Shown piece after piece: positions 40,101-54,084 of a stretch of 64,000 nt of DNA; the stretch's first letter is position 1; every line of letters starts with the position of its first letter. A program made the position numbers and the translations under genes. The stretch comes from Owenia fusiformis (Eukaryota): NCBI GenBank assembly GCA_903813345.2, contig CAIIXF020000001.1:33790001-33854000 (forward strand). The letters run 5' to 3'. A model generated the notes under the pieces. It saw only the letters and a list, made by a program, of their open reading frames with translations. It had not been told where the DNA came from and did not search any database.

Positions 40101-40785
40101 GTTTCTGATATACATAAATGACCTCCCTGACACTCTGACCTCGAAAAATTTTATCTATGATACCTCCTTATACTCTTTCTTTCACCCTTCTGGCAATCAA
40201 ACTGGCCAACTCCAAAATGACCTAAATCTTTTAAGTGTATGGTCTAAAACCTGGCAATTGATACCTCCTTATACTCTTTCTTTCACCTTTCTGGCAATCA
40301 AACTGGCCAACTCCAAAATGACCTAAATCGGTAAAATGATCCCTCAAAAGCAATCACACAAGCACCTGGGTTTCATCTTAGATGAGAATTTGACTTTTAA
40401 TGACCATATTAACTATCTGTCTAATAAAGCTCAAAAATTGTTAAATCCTTTGAAGCTCATATCAAACAAAATACAGTTGCACCATCTTGAAATAATGTAT
40501 AATTCATATTTGGCATCTCATTTTGACTATTGTAGCTCCATTTACAGATCGTCATCCCTGGCGGCCTTATCAAAGCTTAATGAAATCCACTATCAAGCTG
40601 CTGTTATATGTGCTGGGGTACTGCATGGCTCTAACACCTCAAAAACTTTAGAATGTTTACAGTGGAAATCGCTGACTGACAAAAGACACGAAAAAAATCT
40701 AAGACTGTTGTTCAAAATTGTAAGAAAAACTGCTAAAAAGGCTTCGAGTTGATTTTGCCCTTAAAGACCATTTCTTTACTCATAA

Positions 40786-42019
40786 TTATCCCAACGAACG
40801 AAGTTCGGTAGGGATATAGTGAAGCCCTCCGTCCGTCCGTCAGTCCGTCCGTCCGTCCGTCTGTCCGTCCAGAAGATAACTCAAATATTAGTGGATGGAT
40901 TTTCTTCATATTTGGTGGAAAGATGTATATTGATAAATAGTTTTACGCAAAAAAAAATATTTCAAGATGGCCGCCACTTAAAAAATGACGGGACTTTTTC
41001 GCAAAAATCATAAATTTTTCATTCTAAACCAAAGTAATTAATATTATTGTTTGAAATTTTGGTAGTATATTCGCAACATCTATCTATTTCACACATATTC
41101 CGTGTTTTTCATCCTGACCCCCAGGGGCCGTGTATGGGAGGTCAGGAAAACAGAAATTTTCGCTAATTTTTAGATCTTTCTAAAGTATAGCTTTATTATA
41201 CTCAAATGAAAGGCAATTAAGAGTAGATTGCAAATATTGTATCTTTTTTCTGATTCCAGCCTCGTAAAATTCAAAATGGCCGTCTAATGTACGATTTCGC
41301 AATAATTTTTCGATCCCTTCAAAGTATGGCTATATAATACTCAAATTGAAGGAATTTTGGAGTAGATCACAATTATGGTAATATTTTTCAGATTTGTACC
41401 TCAGAAAATTCAAAATGGATTTTTTCAAGATGGCCACTGCTTTAAAAATGACGGGACTTTTTCGCAAAAATCATAAATTTTTCATTCTAAACCAAAGGAA
41501 TTAATATTATTGTTTGAAATTTTGGTAGTATATTCGCAACATCTATCTATTTCACATATATTCAGTGTTTTTCATCCTGACCCCCAGGGGCCGTGTATGG
41601 GGGGTCAGGAAAACAGAAATTTTCGCTAATTTTTAGATCTTTCTGAAGTATAGCTTTATTATACTCAAATGAAAGGCAATTAAAAGTAGATTGCAAATAT
41701 TGTATCTTTTTTCTGATTCGAGCCTCGTAAAATTCAAAATGGCCGTTTAATGTATGATTTGGCAATAATTTTTCGAACCCTTCAACGTATGGCTATATAT
41801 TACTCAAATTGAAGGAATTTTGGAGTAGATCACAATTATGGTATTATTTTTCAGATTTGTACCTCAGAAAATTCAAAATGGCTGCTTTGCAGGAATTCGC
41901 AATTCTAAAATCTAAATTTTTCAATTTTAACCAAAGTAATGAGTATTATTGATTGGAATTCGGTAATTGATATTTTGTTCGTTGGGATTTGCTACTCCGC
42001 GGAGTTGCCATCATCTAGT
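40786..42019 (+). mobile_element. HINE (family A-related) with two ~463-bp monomers
   Basis: TTATCCCAACGAAC...GTTCGTTGGGAT sub-terminal IR, (CCGT)n, 3' hairpin GCTACTCCGCGGAGTTGC. Confidence 0.85.
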
Positions 42020-42832
42020 TTTACTGGAATAATTGACAATAAATGCCTCTGTGGCTCTACTGAAGACACAAAGCATTTCATTCTAACCTGCCCTCGCCAT
42101 ACCCATAAACGTAATAAAATGATGACTGCACTTCGTGAACAAAATTTATTGTTTGATACTCAACTTATTTCTAGTGAGATAGAACAGGTCAAATATTTAA
42201 TTTATGAAAATGAACTCACTATTGATTCTCAGAAAATCCTGATAGATATAGTGATGCAATTTGTACAGGCCTGTTATAAGTTTCCGTCAAATTAAAGTTT
42301 TTCTCATTTGTATCTTGTGACAACACCCCCCTCCCTCCCAACCTCTCACATTACCAATAACCATCTATGATTACTGTAATTAATCCTCTATTGTAATTTA
42401 AACTACCTAGAATGCCTATGGCGATTGGTAGTAGATATTTTGTGTAATTTTTGTTTTGAAGGAAATAAATAATATGTTTAAAAAAAAAAACTCAAATGCT
42501 AATTTACGGATATGGTTTACATTTTATATGTTGATGCCTAAGGGACAGAGAATTTTCAAGATGGCCACCAATAATCAAAATATGGTTTGTTAGGTGGGAT
42601 TTGCTACTCTGTGGAGATGCTGTTTTTCTAGTTTGAAAATTAAATCATTATTAATATATAATTAATATTTTATTTAAATGTAAAGCTATGATGATTTTCA
42701 AATATGTTTTAATGTATGTGTTTTAGAAGTAAAAGATAAATTCATAAAAAAAGTTTGGGAGTTGAGTACATAGAATAGAATATATAGAATGAATGAATAG
42801 AATATATCTAGTACCTTCTGTATTCCCCATTT

Positions 42833-43425
42833 GTTATCCCATCGAATGAAGTTCGGAGGGACATAGGGAACGGCTCCATCCATTTGTATGTACGTCTGTC
42901 CAGGTGATCACTCAAATACCATTTGCCCGATTATGTTTAAATATTCATATCACACATGCGCCCTATGGGGGTAGAATGTCTGCTCGAAAGCCGATTATCA
43001 AAATGGCCGCTTGTTAAAAAATGGCAGCCATTTTAGTGTCGATTTTACAGAAATTTAGGTACTGTATATAAAACTGTAATAGCAATATGTTTAAATGTAA
43101 AAAGTTATTTAGGAATTTAATAATCGAGTTATAGTAAAAAACTTTAAATAACACATGTAAAAATGGTGGCCATCTTGAAAAATAGTAGCTTTTTTAAGAT
43201 TTTTGCTGTTTTATTTATATTTGGTATGTTAATACTATAAGCTTGGAACAATGTCTAATGACATTTTTAGGAATTGGCGGCCAATTTTCAAAATGGCCAC
43301 CATTTTAACAGTGTTAGTTAAAGTTTTTACTATAACTCGAATTGTAGTGGAGCGATTTATTTCATATTTGACATGTAAATACTATAAGCATGGCACACTG
43401 TCTAATGACAGTTTGGGTAGTAGAA
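42833..43425 (+). mobile_element. HINE family A, 3'-truncated and diverged
   Basis: TTATCCCATCGAATGAAGTTCGGAGGGACATAGGGAACG head and family A monomers. Confidence 0.75.
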
Positions 43426-43975
43426 AAAGTACTCAAAATACATCCTGACAGCAAGAGGATACCTCTATTAGCATACGTTTGCTATATGTATACCAAATTT
43501 CGAAGAATATCATTAAAGTGTAGTGTCTGAATCGCAAAAATAAGGAAAGACTTTAAATATGACCTAGATTTTGACCTTTTAGTGTCCAAATTTTGAAGCA
43601 AAGTAGATCTGAGGTCCGCTCTTATTGTAGGCTTTCATTAAGTTATCTGCATCCAGTCTGAATTTCATGTTTTTACAACTCATTATTTTTTTCATCCCCA
43701 TTGACTTAACATTGGATACCAAAATAGCAATTCTTCAGACTGCAAGTAGGATCGAAATTTGGTTTGCAGATTCAGATTCCTGGGAAAAATCTACACATAT
43801 TTCATAACTCACACGTTAAATTTGGAGATATTTTCCGTTGACCTTCTTTTTTGGGAAAATATTGCAGGACGTCTGGAAAAGAAGAAGAAGAATGGCAATG
43901 AAGAATTAATAAAAAGTATTTTAATATTCTTCATACTAAAAAGTTATTTAACTATTAATGGATTTGTATTTGCAG

Positions 43976-44287
43976 GTTGGCTTCATAGACTTTATAGTAC
44001 ATCCTTTGTGGGAAACTTGGGCAGACCTAGTGCACCCAGATGCCCAGGATATACTAGACACTCTGGAGGACAATAGAGACTGGTATCAAACTATGATTCC
44101 AGTCACACCCTCAGGTTCATTTACTGACTCTAAGAACAACACTCCACTAGATGGAGAAACAACACCAAATGAAGAGACTAAATTTCAATTTGATTTGACT
44201 ACGGATGATGACAATGCATCTAAAGACAGGGGACCCGATGGTTCCATGAAGTCTAGTATTGTGGATGAATCTGAACCAAACATCTGA
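43976..44287 (+). CDS. PDE4: Last coding exon of a cAMP-specific phosphodiesterase 4 (dunce-like)
   Basis: TTTGCAG acceptor then [38 protein letters not shown]...KFQFDLT...stop; matches the PDE4 catalytic C-terminus, the phase-0 Q/V intron position and the FQF motif. Confidence 0.95.
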   Translation, partial: VGFIDFIVHPLWETWADLVHPDAQDILDTLEDNRDWYQTMIPVTPSGSFTDSKNNTPLDGETTPNEETKFQFDLTTDDDNASKDRGPDGSMKSSIVDESEPNI

Positions 44288-44483
44288 ATTGAATGGTTAG
44301 TTATCAATTGCACAAGACAACTGGCCATTGAGTTTGTAAAATCATGATGTCTGATTACAATGTGGTAACTGAAACAGTTTTGAACACGATGTTAAAACCT
44401 AAGGTTCAAAATAATTTATATCCAATATAGCCCTTGGCTATTATGTGAAGTTATAAAAGCATGAAGTCAGTGTCCACATTATA

Positions 44484-46604
44484 TACGAGGGGTGATCAAT
44501 AAGTAATGGACGCTTTTTTACACAGATACTTTTTATAGACCAATCCCTTTGATTTTCCTACCATCATTCAATTATCTATCAATTCTGAAGATTTGAAGAC
44601 AAAATATATAATACATATTGATATATCCTTATTTACGAGAAGGAGGTATAGGTACCACGAGACCGACATTTACACCACATATTCAGTTTTTAGCCAGTTT
44701 GGTAAATTGCAGTTAGATTTGAACGTTTTATATAAAACAAGTGTTGTGTTGTTTAAATTTTTTTGCTGACTGGTAACACATAAACAGAAAGTATTGGTAT
44801 GTCAGAGTGTTGTACGGAAGGGGTTGGCAGGTCAATTTGAGAAAGCATTGTGGAAGAAAGAGGTGGTGAGAGAAGGGAACACCCTACTCCATATGAACAA
44901 TGTACCTGCCCACAGATCTCAAAATGTTCAGAAAAGAATATCCCTGGACCTCAAAATTGAGCCCTTGGGCAATGCACCATATTGTCCAGATCTGCTCACA
45001 TGTGACTTGTTAAGGTGCTATATTGTAATCAGTTTGCCGGGCGGGCGATTGGGCGGGCGGGCGTCCCAAATAATCTTGTCTACAGGTTTCCAGCCAAACT
45101 GTTTGAGGGATTTGTTTGAAATTCTCAGGGATGTTTCTACCTATAAAAGTTTAGAAGTGATTAGCTTTTCGGCATTCTGGGTAAATGTTAAGGCGGCCAT
45201 TTTGGATTTTCCGTCCTAAAATCTTGTCTGTCAAGGCTTGTCTACAGGTTTCCAGCCAAACCGTTTGAGAAATTCATTTGAAATTCTCAGGGATGTTTCT
45301 ACCTATGAAAGTTAAGAATTGATTAGTTTTTCGGCATTCTGGGTAAATGTTAAGGCGGCCATTTTGGATTTTCCGTCCTAAAATCTTGTCTGTCAAGGCT
45401 TGTCTACAGGTTTCCAGCCAAACCGTTTGAGGGATTCATTTGAAATTCTCAGGGATGTTTCTACCTATGAAAGTTTAGAACTGACTAGTTTTTTGGCATT
45501 CTGGGTAAATGTTAAGGCGGCCATTTAGGATTTTCCGTCCTAAAATCTTGTCTGTCAAGGCTTGTCTACAGGTTTCCAGCCAAACCGTTTGAGGGATTCA
45601 TTTGAAATTCCCAGGGATGTTTCTACCTATGAAAGTTTAGAACTGATTAGTTTTTCAGCATCCTGGGTAAATGTTAAGGCGGCCATTTTGGATTTTCTGT
45701 CCTAAAATCTTGTCTGTCAAGGCTTGTCTACAGGTTTCCAGCCCAACCGTTTGAGAAATTCATTTGAAATTCTCAGGGATGTTTCTACCTATGAAAGTTT
45801 AGAACTGACTAGTTTTTTGGCATTCTGGGTAAATGTTAAGGCGGCCATTTTAGATTTTCCGTCCTAAAATCTTGTCTGTCAAGGCTTGTCAACAGGTTTC
45901 AAGCCAAACCGTTTGAGGGATTCATTTGAAATTCTCAGGGATGTTTCTACCTATGAAAGTTTAGAACTGATTAGTTTTTCGACATTCTGGATAAATGTTA
46001 AGACGGCCATTTCTGTTCAAGGGTGCGATATTGTTCACCGTGTGTATTTTTTATTTCTATACTACTTATTTGTATAGAGAAAGGACCCAGGTTTATTGAC
46101 ATTGATGAAATAAAACAACCCGTGCAACTGCATCTTGCTACCATGTCAGAGAATGGATTCAGCCTTGTCTCACAATCACAGTTAAGAGGATGAGGAATTG
46201 TGTACATGTAGCACTTGATGGAACCTATTTAGAGGGCTCTGTGGAATGAATGTGGCATGAATACCACATAGTGATGATAAAATATTCAAAATCAACTATG
46301 GCATAACAAAATGGGGTAATTCATGACCATAATGGTTTGTTTTGTTCAGCCTGCATTCAACTGCATTGCATGTTAAACAATCTAAAATAGCTTCAGAATA
46401 TGTGACGTAAATGTCGGTCCAGGGGTACCTGTACCTCCTTCACGGAAATAAGGATATATCAACATGTAATATATATATTGTCTTCAAATCTTCAGAGTTG
46501 ATAGATAATTGAATGATGTATCACTGGTAAGACAATCGAAGGGATTGGTCTATAAAAAGCATCTGTGTAAAAAAGCGTCCATTACTTATTGATCACCCCT
46601 CGTA
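44484..46604 (+). mobile_element. Decayed mariner element with long TIRs
   Basis: TACGAGGGGTGATCAATAAG...CTTATTGATCACCCCTCGTA flanked by TA, TIR ~190 bp; remnants LLHMNNVPAH, APYCPDLLTCD (YSPDLAP-like) and KGPRFIDIDEIK. Confidence 0.88.
45010..46055 (+). mobile_element. HINE with (GGGC)n and about 6 homogeneous 162-bp monomers, inserted in the mariner transposase remnant
   Basis: (T/A)ACAGGTTTC recurs at 45081, 45243, 45405, 45567, 45729, 45891. Confidence 0.85.
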
Positions 46605-47567
46605 TATCACACTTTTGAACATGAACATGCCAATGTGTATTAATATTAGATTCATGGACTTAAAGGTATGGATAGGAATCATTAAGAAAACCCAGAGGAG
46701 TCTTATTTTAAACCGACAGTCATCCTTCATCTAACCATCTCAGAAATTGTACCATGTGAAAGCTCATTTCTCTCTCTGTGGAGAGTTCCTCTTGATTAGA
46801 ACAAATTGTTAAGACTGCAAGTTAAAAAATATAATATGGCCAACAAAATGCCATTTAAATATGACAGCTTTAACCATATAATGGTAAACATATTCTAAAA
46901 GTCTGTCTACTTTACCCGAAAAAACTAGTCAACCATGTTTGGCAATATAAAGAGTTTTTTACAGCAAGCCCATAGTATTCATACACTGACTGTACTAATT
47001 CATCAAAATTCTCCTTCAATGACATAAATGACAGAACTTATATGAAGGCAGTGCAGCAAATTTTTGATTTTATTTACTTTGTAGAAGGGATTTTATTTAG
47101 CATTATCACCATTTTGTGAGACTTGTTCTCAGGGTATTTAACATTTATTTGAGTTATCTTTTTGGCTAATCCTGTATTATTCAAAATGCAATGATTGCAT
47201 CTTGCATCTTGTTTATACAGTATAGTGATAGAAGAATATTAGAAGGATAAAGTGTATATAGATGTATCAAATATAGAATATTTGTACATGTGTAAGATAC
47301 ATGTAATATATGGTTTCATTATGTATAAACGATATAGTTAACATTTAATTCAGATGTCAATAATTATTAAAATAACTTTTTATAGTTGATACCTGTTAAT
47401 TGTGCATTTATCCATTTAATTACAAATGTGATTGAAATCATTTTAGACAGTTTGTGGGCATGGGCATTTAACAAGGTGTCCACTTATCAAGGTAAATTAA
47501 TCAATGTTGTGTTATATCATGATATGCTGAGCTGAGCATATACATTGTTTATCTGATGAACAACTTA

Positions 47568-48867
47568 TTATCCCATCGAACGAAGTTCGGAGGGATATAG
47601 GGAACGCCTCCATCCGTCCGTCCGTACGTCCGTCCATCCGTCTGTCCGTCCGGGCAATAACTCAAATACCGCTGGCCTGATTTTGTTGATATTTTGTATA
47701 CATATACCCAATGGGGGTAGAAGTTCTGCTCGAGAACTGATTTTCAAAATGGCCACTCAAAAAAAATGGTGGCCATTTTAGTGCCGATTTTACAGTAATT
47801 TAGGTACTGCATATAAAACTGTAATAGCAATATGTTTTAAATGTAAAAAAGTTATATAAAACATTGATTAAGCTAGAAATGAAAATATAGAAGAAATACA
47901 TGGCAGCCATCTTGAAAAATGGCTGCCTTTGCACGTCATTTTACGATTTTTGCTGTAACTTGAAAAGTAGTGGAGCGATTTTGTTCATATTTGGTATGTG
48001 AATACTTTAAGCATGGCACAATGTCTAATGACATTTAGGGTAGTAGACGGCCATTTTGAAAAATGGCCGCCATTTTTATGTGTGTTATTTAACATTTTTT
48101 ACTGTAAGTCAAAAAGTAGTGGAGCGATTTTGTTCATATTTGGTATGTGAACACTTTAAGCATGGCACAATGTCTAATGACATTTTGGGTAGTAGGCGGC
48201 CATTTTTCAAAATGGCCGCCATTTTTATGTGTGTTATTTTACATTTTTTACTATAAGTCAAAAAGTATTAGAGCGATTTTGTTCATATTTTATATGTGAA
48301 TACTATAAGAATGGCACACTTTCTAATGACACTTTGGGTATAAGGCAGCCATTTTGAAAAATGGCCTCCATTTTTACGTTTTTTACTATAACTTGTAAAG
48401 TAGTTGAGCGATTTTGTTCATATTTGATATGTGAATACTTTAAGCATGCCACATTGTCTAATAAAACTTTGGGGAGTAGTCGGCCATCTTGAAAAATGGC
48501 CATCATTTTTATGTGTGTTATTTTACATTTTTTATTATAACTCAAAAAGTAATAGAGCTATTTTGTTCATATTTGATATGTGAATACTCATAAGGATTGC
48601 ATACTGTCTTATGAAATTTGGGTTGTAAGCGGCCATTTTAAAAAATGGCCAGCATTGGTGATTTTTTAAGAATTTTATCTGTGGCTACTTAAAAGCATAT
48701 TACTTCTTCTGATGACAACTTGGCTAGTGATCAACCATTTTGAAAATGGTGGCCTTTCTTATGGGTGTTATTTTATGATATTTGCTATATATATTTCAAA
48801 TGTAAAAATGCCAGCCATTTCTGTTCGATGGGATTCGCTACGCTTTGGCGTTGCCGTTGTTCTGGTT
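47568..48867 (+). mobile_element. HINE family A, complete
   Basis: ATCCCATCGAAC / GTTCGATGGGAT sub-terminal IR, (CCGT)n, 134-150-bp monomers, 3' hairpin GCTACGCTTTGGCGTTGC. Confidence 0.88.
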
Positions 48868-49173
48868 ATTACTAATTAATAAGAAATAAATCCTTTAAAG
48901 TAATTTAAGGAATCTGCAAGTGGACCTTAAATGGATTTATACTGACTGGCCGGATATCCAATCATGTACTGGCTTTCACTTTCAGTTATACACGTGTGTC
49001 TCGAGTTACATCTTGGGTCTATCTACTACATCCTAGCTAGACAGCATCCTTCATTCAGTTTCATGTTTCGAAACAGACAACATAAATAAGCATTGGTTTG
49101 TTATTAAAAAATTATTGTTTCAACTTTACAAGCTATTGAGCATTGTTATATTGAGAAAATATTATATAACATA

Positions 49174-52100
49174 TAGCGAGATCAATAGTGCAAAAATAGT
49201 TCATTCATGGAACGAAGCGTGAAACTTTCCACATATCATCAGAATACCATTCCCTTTGATTTAAGAGCCAGAGCCATTTTTGTAGTTCATTAGAATGACC
49301 GAAAAATTGCAAATACCCCCTCCCATCAAATCCTGGGGGGAGGGGGAGGGAAGAATTATTTTTTTGTTGATTTTTTTTTTAATATGATCTATATTCATTT
49401 TGAGTATGTTATTTTCAGTGTTAAAAAAACAATTTTCAAGATTGCATCAGTATTTCTCATTGATATTCATTGTTAAAGCCTGACCAAGGGCGACGCCCAC
49501 TTTATCAACATGTTAAATATACAAGTTAATGAGTCTTCTATTATGAATAGGAAAATTACCTAATATGGCTGAATAAAACTGACAAGATTACTTATGTTAA
49601 GATAATAGATGCTGTAAGTAAGTCAATTTCACTGTTAAAGGCTTGTGAAAGGCCACACCCCTTTTAGATATAAAGATATAATAATATATAATTCACAATT
49701 AATGATACATAATTTTTAATGAGAGCACTTTGACTAATTGATACAAGTTACCTCATTAAGTATCTTAACTGCAGTTCAAATATCCTATTTTGTGCATTTA
49801 AGCACTTCAACACTCTATTATCATTATCACTCACTTAGGTGCCATGTCCATTACAATCCCTGTCACACAAATACAGGGCAATACATGCATAATATTGGCT
49901 TTAAAGCACTTGCATCTTTTTGTTGAGCACTATTGTTTGCAGCTACATTTTACTAGCATTTGGCATGCATCTGAAGCTTTGGGCAATGTTTTCCATACTG
50001 GCACATAAATCATTTTTCCAGCCTTTGTGGTAATGGATTCCCAACTCAGTTTTGAGAGTGAAGCGAGGACTGACATAGGTATAATTGTCTGGACCGAACT
50101 TATGCAACCTATGGTGGGATGTTCTCAATTTGAGCTGTTTTCTTTGTGAACATTTCTTGTCTTGCAGCATTTACAGTTGTTTCATTGTTGTCTCTGTTGT
50201 ATAAAATCACAACAAAACGTTCAGTGATTGGCATAACTTTGGCTTACTTATTGGGATCTTCAGCCAAAGTTTTAAGTGCATTTGTCAACTCGGATAAGTA
50301 ATCCAATGTTTCTACGCTGTTGTTTTTAATTTACCATGGAATCCGGATATAGTTGCAGCTGCCATTTCATGTGAGATATCTCTAATTTTTTACTTTTCCC
50401 AAAGCTATCCATTTTTGAACTTTGAGTTCTGATGATATACTGACTGTGAGACAGACAATATCAGTCTACTGTTCTAATCATCAATGTGTTCTACCCAGAC
50501 TTTACTGCACGGTGGATGTGCTTATTCATGTGTTGATGGGGAAATGTCTTGAATGGGCATCGGGGGATATGATAATACATCTTACAATACATTGTTTACA
50601 TCATCTCTAATACATTCCAATTTGATGGTAACATTTCATCTACCTTTCGGCACTTAATTAGTTGTTTTAATTGTTCCATTTTGAGATAAAGAGGGTGGGA
50701 AGGATTGGTTTTCACGTTTGAAGAACTCCTCAAGATGACTGTCTCTATTCTGACATGCAATGAACAGTCTTGAAAAGAGAGCACAATCATTTTTTTCAAT
50801 GCTGTTTCCTTGGTAACATTCACTTTTGTTTTCTGTTCCTTAAATATTAGAAAATTGTTTCTTTTTATATAGATAGTGTCTGTTATTTGTTTAGATTTGT
50901 CATCCAGTTTTTCTTTAGTGTACAATTTGTACTGATCCTGGCCACTTTGCTCCATTTCCCAAAGACGACCCAGGTTCACAAGCAGAATGTTGATTTATGA
51001 TTATTCTCTACAAGTTTGGATCGATTAACTTAAATAGTGTTACCTTCATTTAGAAATGATGATGTTGACCTGATGTTAAACTGAAATAAACACCATCTCC
51101 ACAATTTCACATTTTACTTTGCTCATGTGCTGCCCTGAGAGACCTCATGCTCATGATTGTGCACGTAATCATGTCCTGCAATTTGATTTTACATCGTATA
51201 CTGATGGGCGTAATTCAAATAAATTATGTTCATGAGTACGAAAGAATATGATAGTATTATGGGAACTACTCACTTCTTCTGGACTGACATTGAGGATACA
51301 ATATCTTTGTTGTCTAATGAGTACAAGTCATTTGAAGTCTCCAGAAAGGATTTCCCATCTATTCTATGGTTTCTGATAATAGTTTCACATTATCTTTGAA
51401 TCTTTGTTGTATGCTTATACTTTGTTCATGATTAGATAGGTCTTCATCTTGATCATTATTTATATTGTTCTCAAATTCATGATCAGTCTGACAAATTCAG
51501 GGCCCCCAACCATCCAATAGAGTTGTCTGGTTGTCAAAGAGCCACACTGCTCCACTGTTTGATTTATCTAGACTGTTATTCTGCTTGTGAACCTGGTCAG
51601 TAGCACTAGCAATGGCTGAAAAGCTCGATCTTGGTAACAGTGAAGTGGCCTTTTGTGAAGGCTTCGTAGACTTCTGGATGTATTTGTTATAGTTGTAGCA
51701 TATTCCTAATGTGAACTGGTACTCATCAAGCATATTGACAAGGTCAAAAAATGAAAAACCAGGTGATACGCTTGCTAATTGACTCGAGATAAAGAGGGAA
51801 ATTGCCCTCTCTGATAGCACACACTTAGTTAAGGCACAGTATTTCGATTCAAATAATCGGAAACCAAAACTTAAAGACTGGTACATTCTGTTGGTCAGCA
51901 CACCATTCTATCAAACTCTTTATCACTTCATCATCTAGATTCTAGACAGCTGTATATGTAGTATAGGCTCTCTTGAGAATTTAGAGACTGCAGGCTGTGA
52001 CTGTGTGGCGGCCCTTCTGGTTCTGGTTCAAACCCATAAAAGAGGTTTAATAGCCTAAATGTTCAGCATATGAAAAGTGGGTGTCGCCCATGACTAGTCT

Positions 52101-52960
52101 TTAACAACTATGAAAATCAAAGAGAAACCATCTGGAAATAAAGAGGAAAATTCTCCTGTCCTATAGCCCTCACATAGTCTAGGCACAGTATTTCAATTTA
52201 AATAATCAGAAACCAAAGCCTGAAGACTGGTACATTCTGTTGGTCAGCACACCATTCATAAAACTGTTTAGGCACTTGGTCAGCACACCATTCATCAAAC
52301 TGTTTAAGCATGTCATCATCTAGATTCTGGACAGTTGTATCTGTAGCATAGGTTTTCTTCAGGAGAATATAGAGACTCGACATACATGTACATAGAATAG
52401 TGGATACATGTTATAGATCTGGGACATTTGTTGCTCGCTTTCTTCTTTCTTCTAAGCAGGGGTGTGATATGTTATGAGCCTTTTAGAAGTCAAATTCTAA
52501 GATTAATTATAGCACCTAACATCAAAAGAGTATCTGGTCTTATTCAGAAAGCTGAATTACATTCATTTATTCAACCAATGATAGAGATTTAATAACCTAA
52601 ATGTTCAAGATATGAAAAGTGGGCGTCGCCCATGATTAGTCTTGAACAATGATGAAAATTGATGATAAATCATCTTGTTATGTTTGCAAAATTTCTTTAC
52701 CATGAAAATAGCACACTAAAACTGTGGTATGACCATATTCAAAGAAATTTTTTTATGAAAAAAATATTCCTATATCTCCCCACCCCCACAGGATTTGGTG
52801 GGAGGGGGTACTTATTATTTTTTGATCATTCTAGTGGACCACAAAAATGGCTCTGGCTCTTAAATCAAAGGGAAAGGTATTCTGATGATATGTGGAAAGT
52901 TTCATGCTTCGTTCCATGAACGAACTATTTGCCTGTTTTCTTGCACTATTGATCTCGCTA
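49174..52960 (-). mobile_element. Academ DNA transposon, internally deleted, transposase pseudogene
   Basis: ATA|TAGCGAGATCAATAGTGCAA...TTGCACTATTGATCTCGCTA|ATA (3-bp TSD, TAG/CTA ends, ~340-bp TIR); minus-strand remnants DQVHKQNN...GWGP, GQDQYKLYTKEKL, PVWKTLPKASDACQMLVKCSCK..CSTKRCKC. Confidence 0.88.
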
Positions 52961-53182
52961 ATAAGAAAGAACACTATTTATAAAACACTATTTATACAAT
53001 TTATAACATATTTTTACTTTACGAACTTATAAGTTAATAAATACACAGTTTGTGGATTGAATTCGATCATTTACCAAATTCCATAGTGGACGGGACTCGG
53101 AAGGAGGATATAAATCTCTTCACCATCTAAAGTGATATCTATTAAACCCTGTGAGTATCTGTTCCTTTATACATTTTGTAAC

Positions 53183-53770
53183 ATGGATGGATTATCAGCA
53201 ATGCTAATTGGACATTCCTTTGTTAGGCGCTTTAAGAATTATGATTGCACAACTGAAGACAAACGCGTTAAATGGAATCTTGGGCTAGAACGCATTCATA
53301 TTAGATATGACGGTTTGGGCGGTAGAAAAGTAGGGACAATATTGAATGAAACATTGGAAAATAAATTAAAAAATCCGCCAAACATAGTCATCTTACAAAT
53401 TGGAGGAAATGATATCTCAAACGGAAAAAGACCCGAAACAGTTGCCTCCGATATAGAAAATCTAGTTATGAAATTACACCAAGAATATCACGTCGAATAT
53501 ATTTTAGTATCTGAACTTATACAAAGAAAATCAGCTCCTTTAAAATACAATGAAAATGTCATGCTATGCAATCGTATTCTGACAGCATTATTAGAGCACA
53601 TTCCATTCGCAAAGCTGTGGCACCACAGATGTATTAGGAATAGCCAATTTAACCTCTACATTGAAGACGGTGTCCATTACAATGATCGCGGAAATTATAA
53701 ACTCTATCATGGGCTCTACCACCCAAGCTACAAGCAAGCATGCATCTTCGGTGAAAGTCAACTTAATTAA
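53183..53770 (+). CDS. SGNH/GDSL-family hydrolase (195 aa), retroelement-associated
   Basis: Open frame from ATG 53183 with blocks LIGHSF, GLGG, LQIGGNDI, DGVH. Confidence 0.85.
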   Translation: MDGLSAMLIGHSFVRRFKNYDCTTEDKRVKWNLGLERIHIRYDGLGGRKVGTILNETLENKLKNPPNIVILQIGGNDISNGKRPETVASDIENLVMKLHQEYHVEYILVSELIQRKSAPLKYNENVMLCNRILTALLEHIPFAKLWHHRCIRNSQFNLYIEDGVHYNDRGNYKLYHGLYHPSYKQACIFGESQLN

Positions 53771-54084
53771 TATACAAAACATAAGCATTGCTGGTAAGAC
53801 CCATTATTGTATTTTTCTACTCGTAGCATGATGGGGTAGTGCTATAAAGATTTAATTGAAAAACAAATTATTGTATTAGAAAGATATCTTTATATATATA
53901 TATCACGCAAACAGGGTAAAGGTAATGCAGCACTCAATATATATTTCTCGAGCTGCCGAAAGCTGGGTAACCATTCCTTGTCTTAATACAGTAGCCATTT
54001 GAATTATATCATTGTTTGTGCATCGCTCAGAATCAGCTTCTGAGCATTTAATTGTGAGATTTAATCACAAGGCTCACTCGTCCC

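Larger units (their letters stand above)
36905..42490 (+). pseudogene. CR1/L2-group LINE ORF2 remnant split by three insertions, with 3' poly(A)
   Basis: DQPWMN, NYRPITLLSTFSKTFEKVV, LDVASAFDTVPH, VPQGSIIGPLMFL/IYINDLP, HKHLGFILDENLTF, C-terminal CLCG..ED..HFILTC; AATAAA and A run at 42464-42490. Confidence 0.9.

Noticed and set aside
43759..44076. 105-aa ORF and the Met start at 43958
   Set aside because: Alternative frame over the PDE4 exon; MDLYLQ is intronic sequence before the AG acceptor
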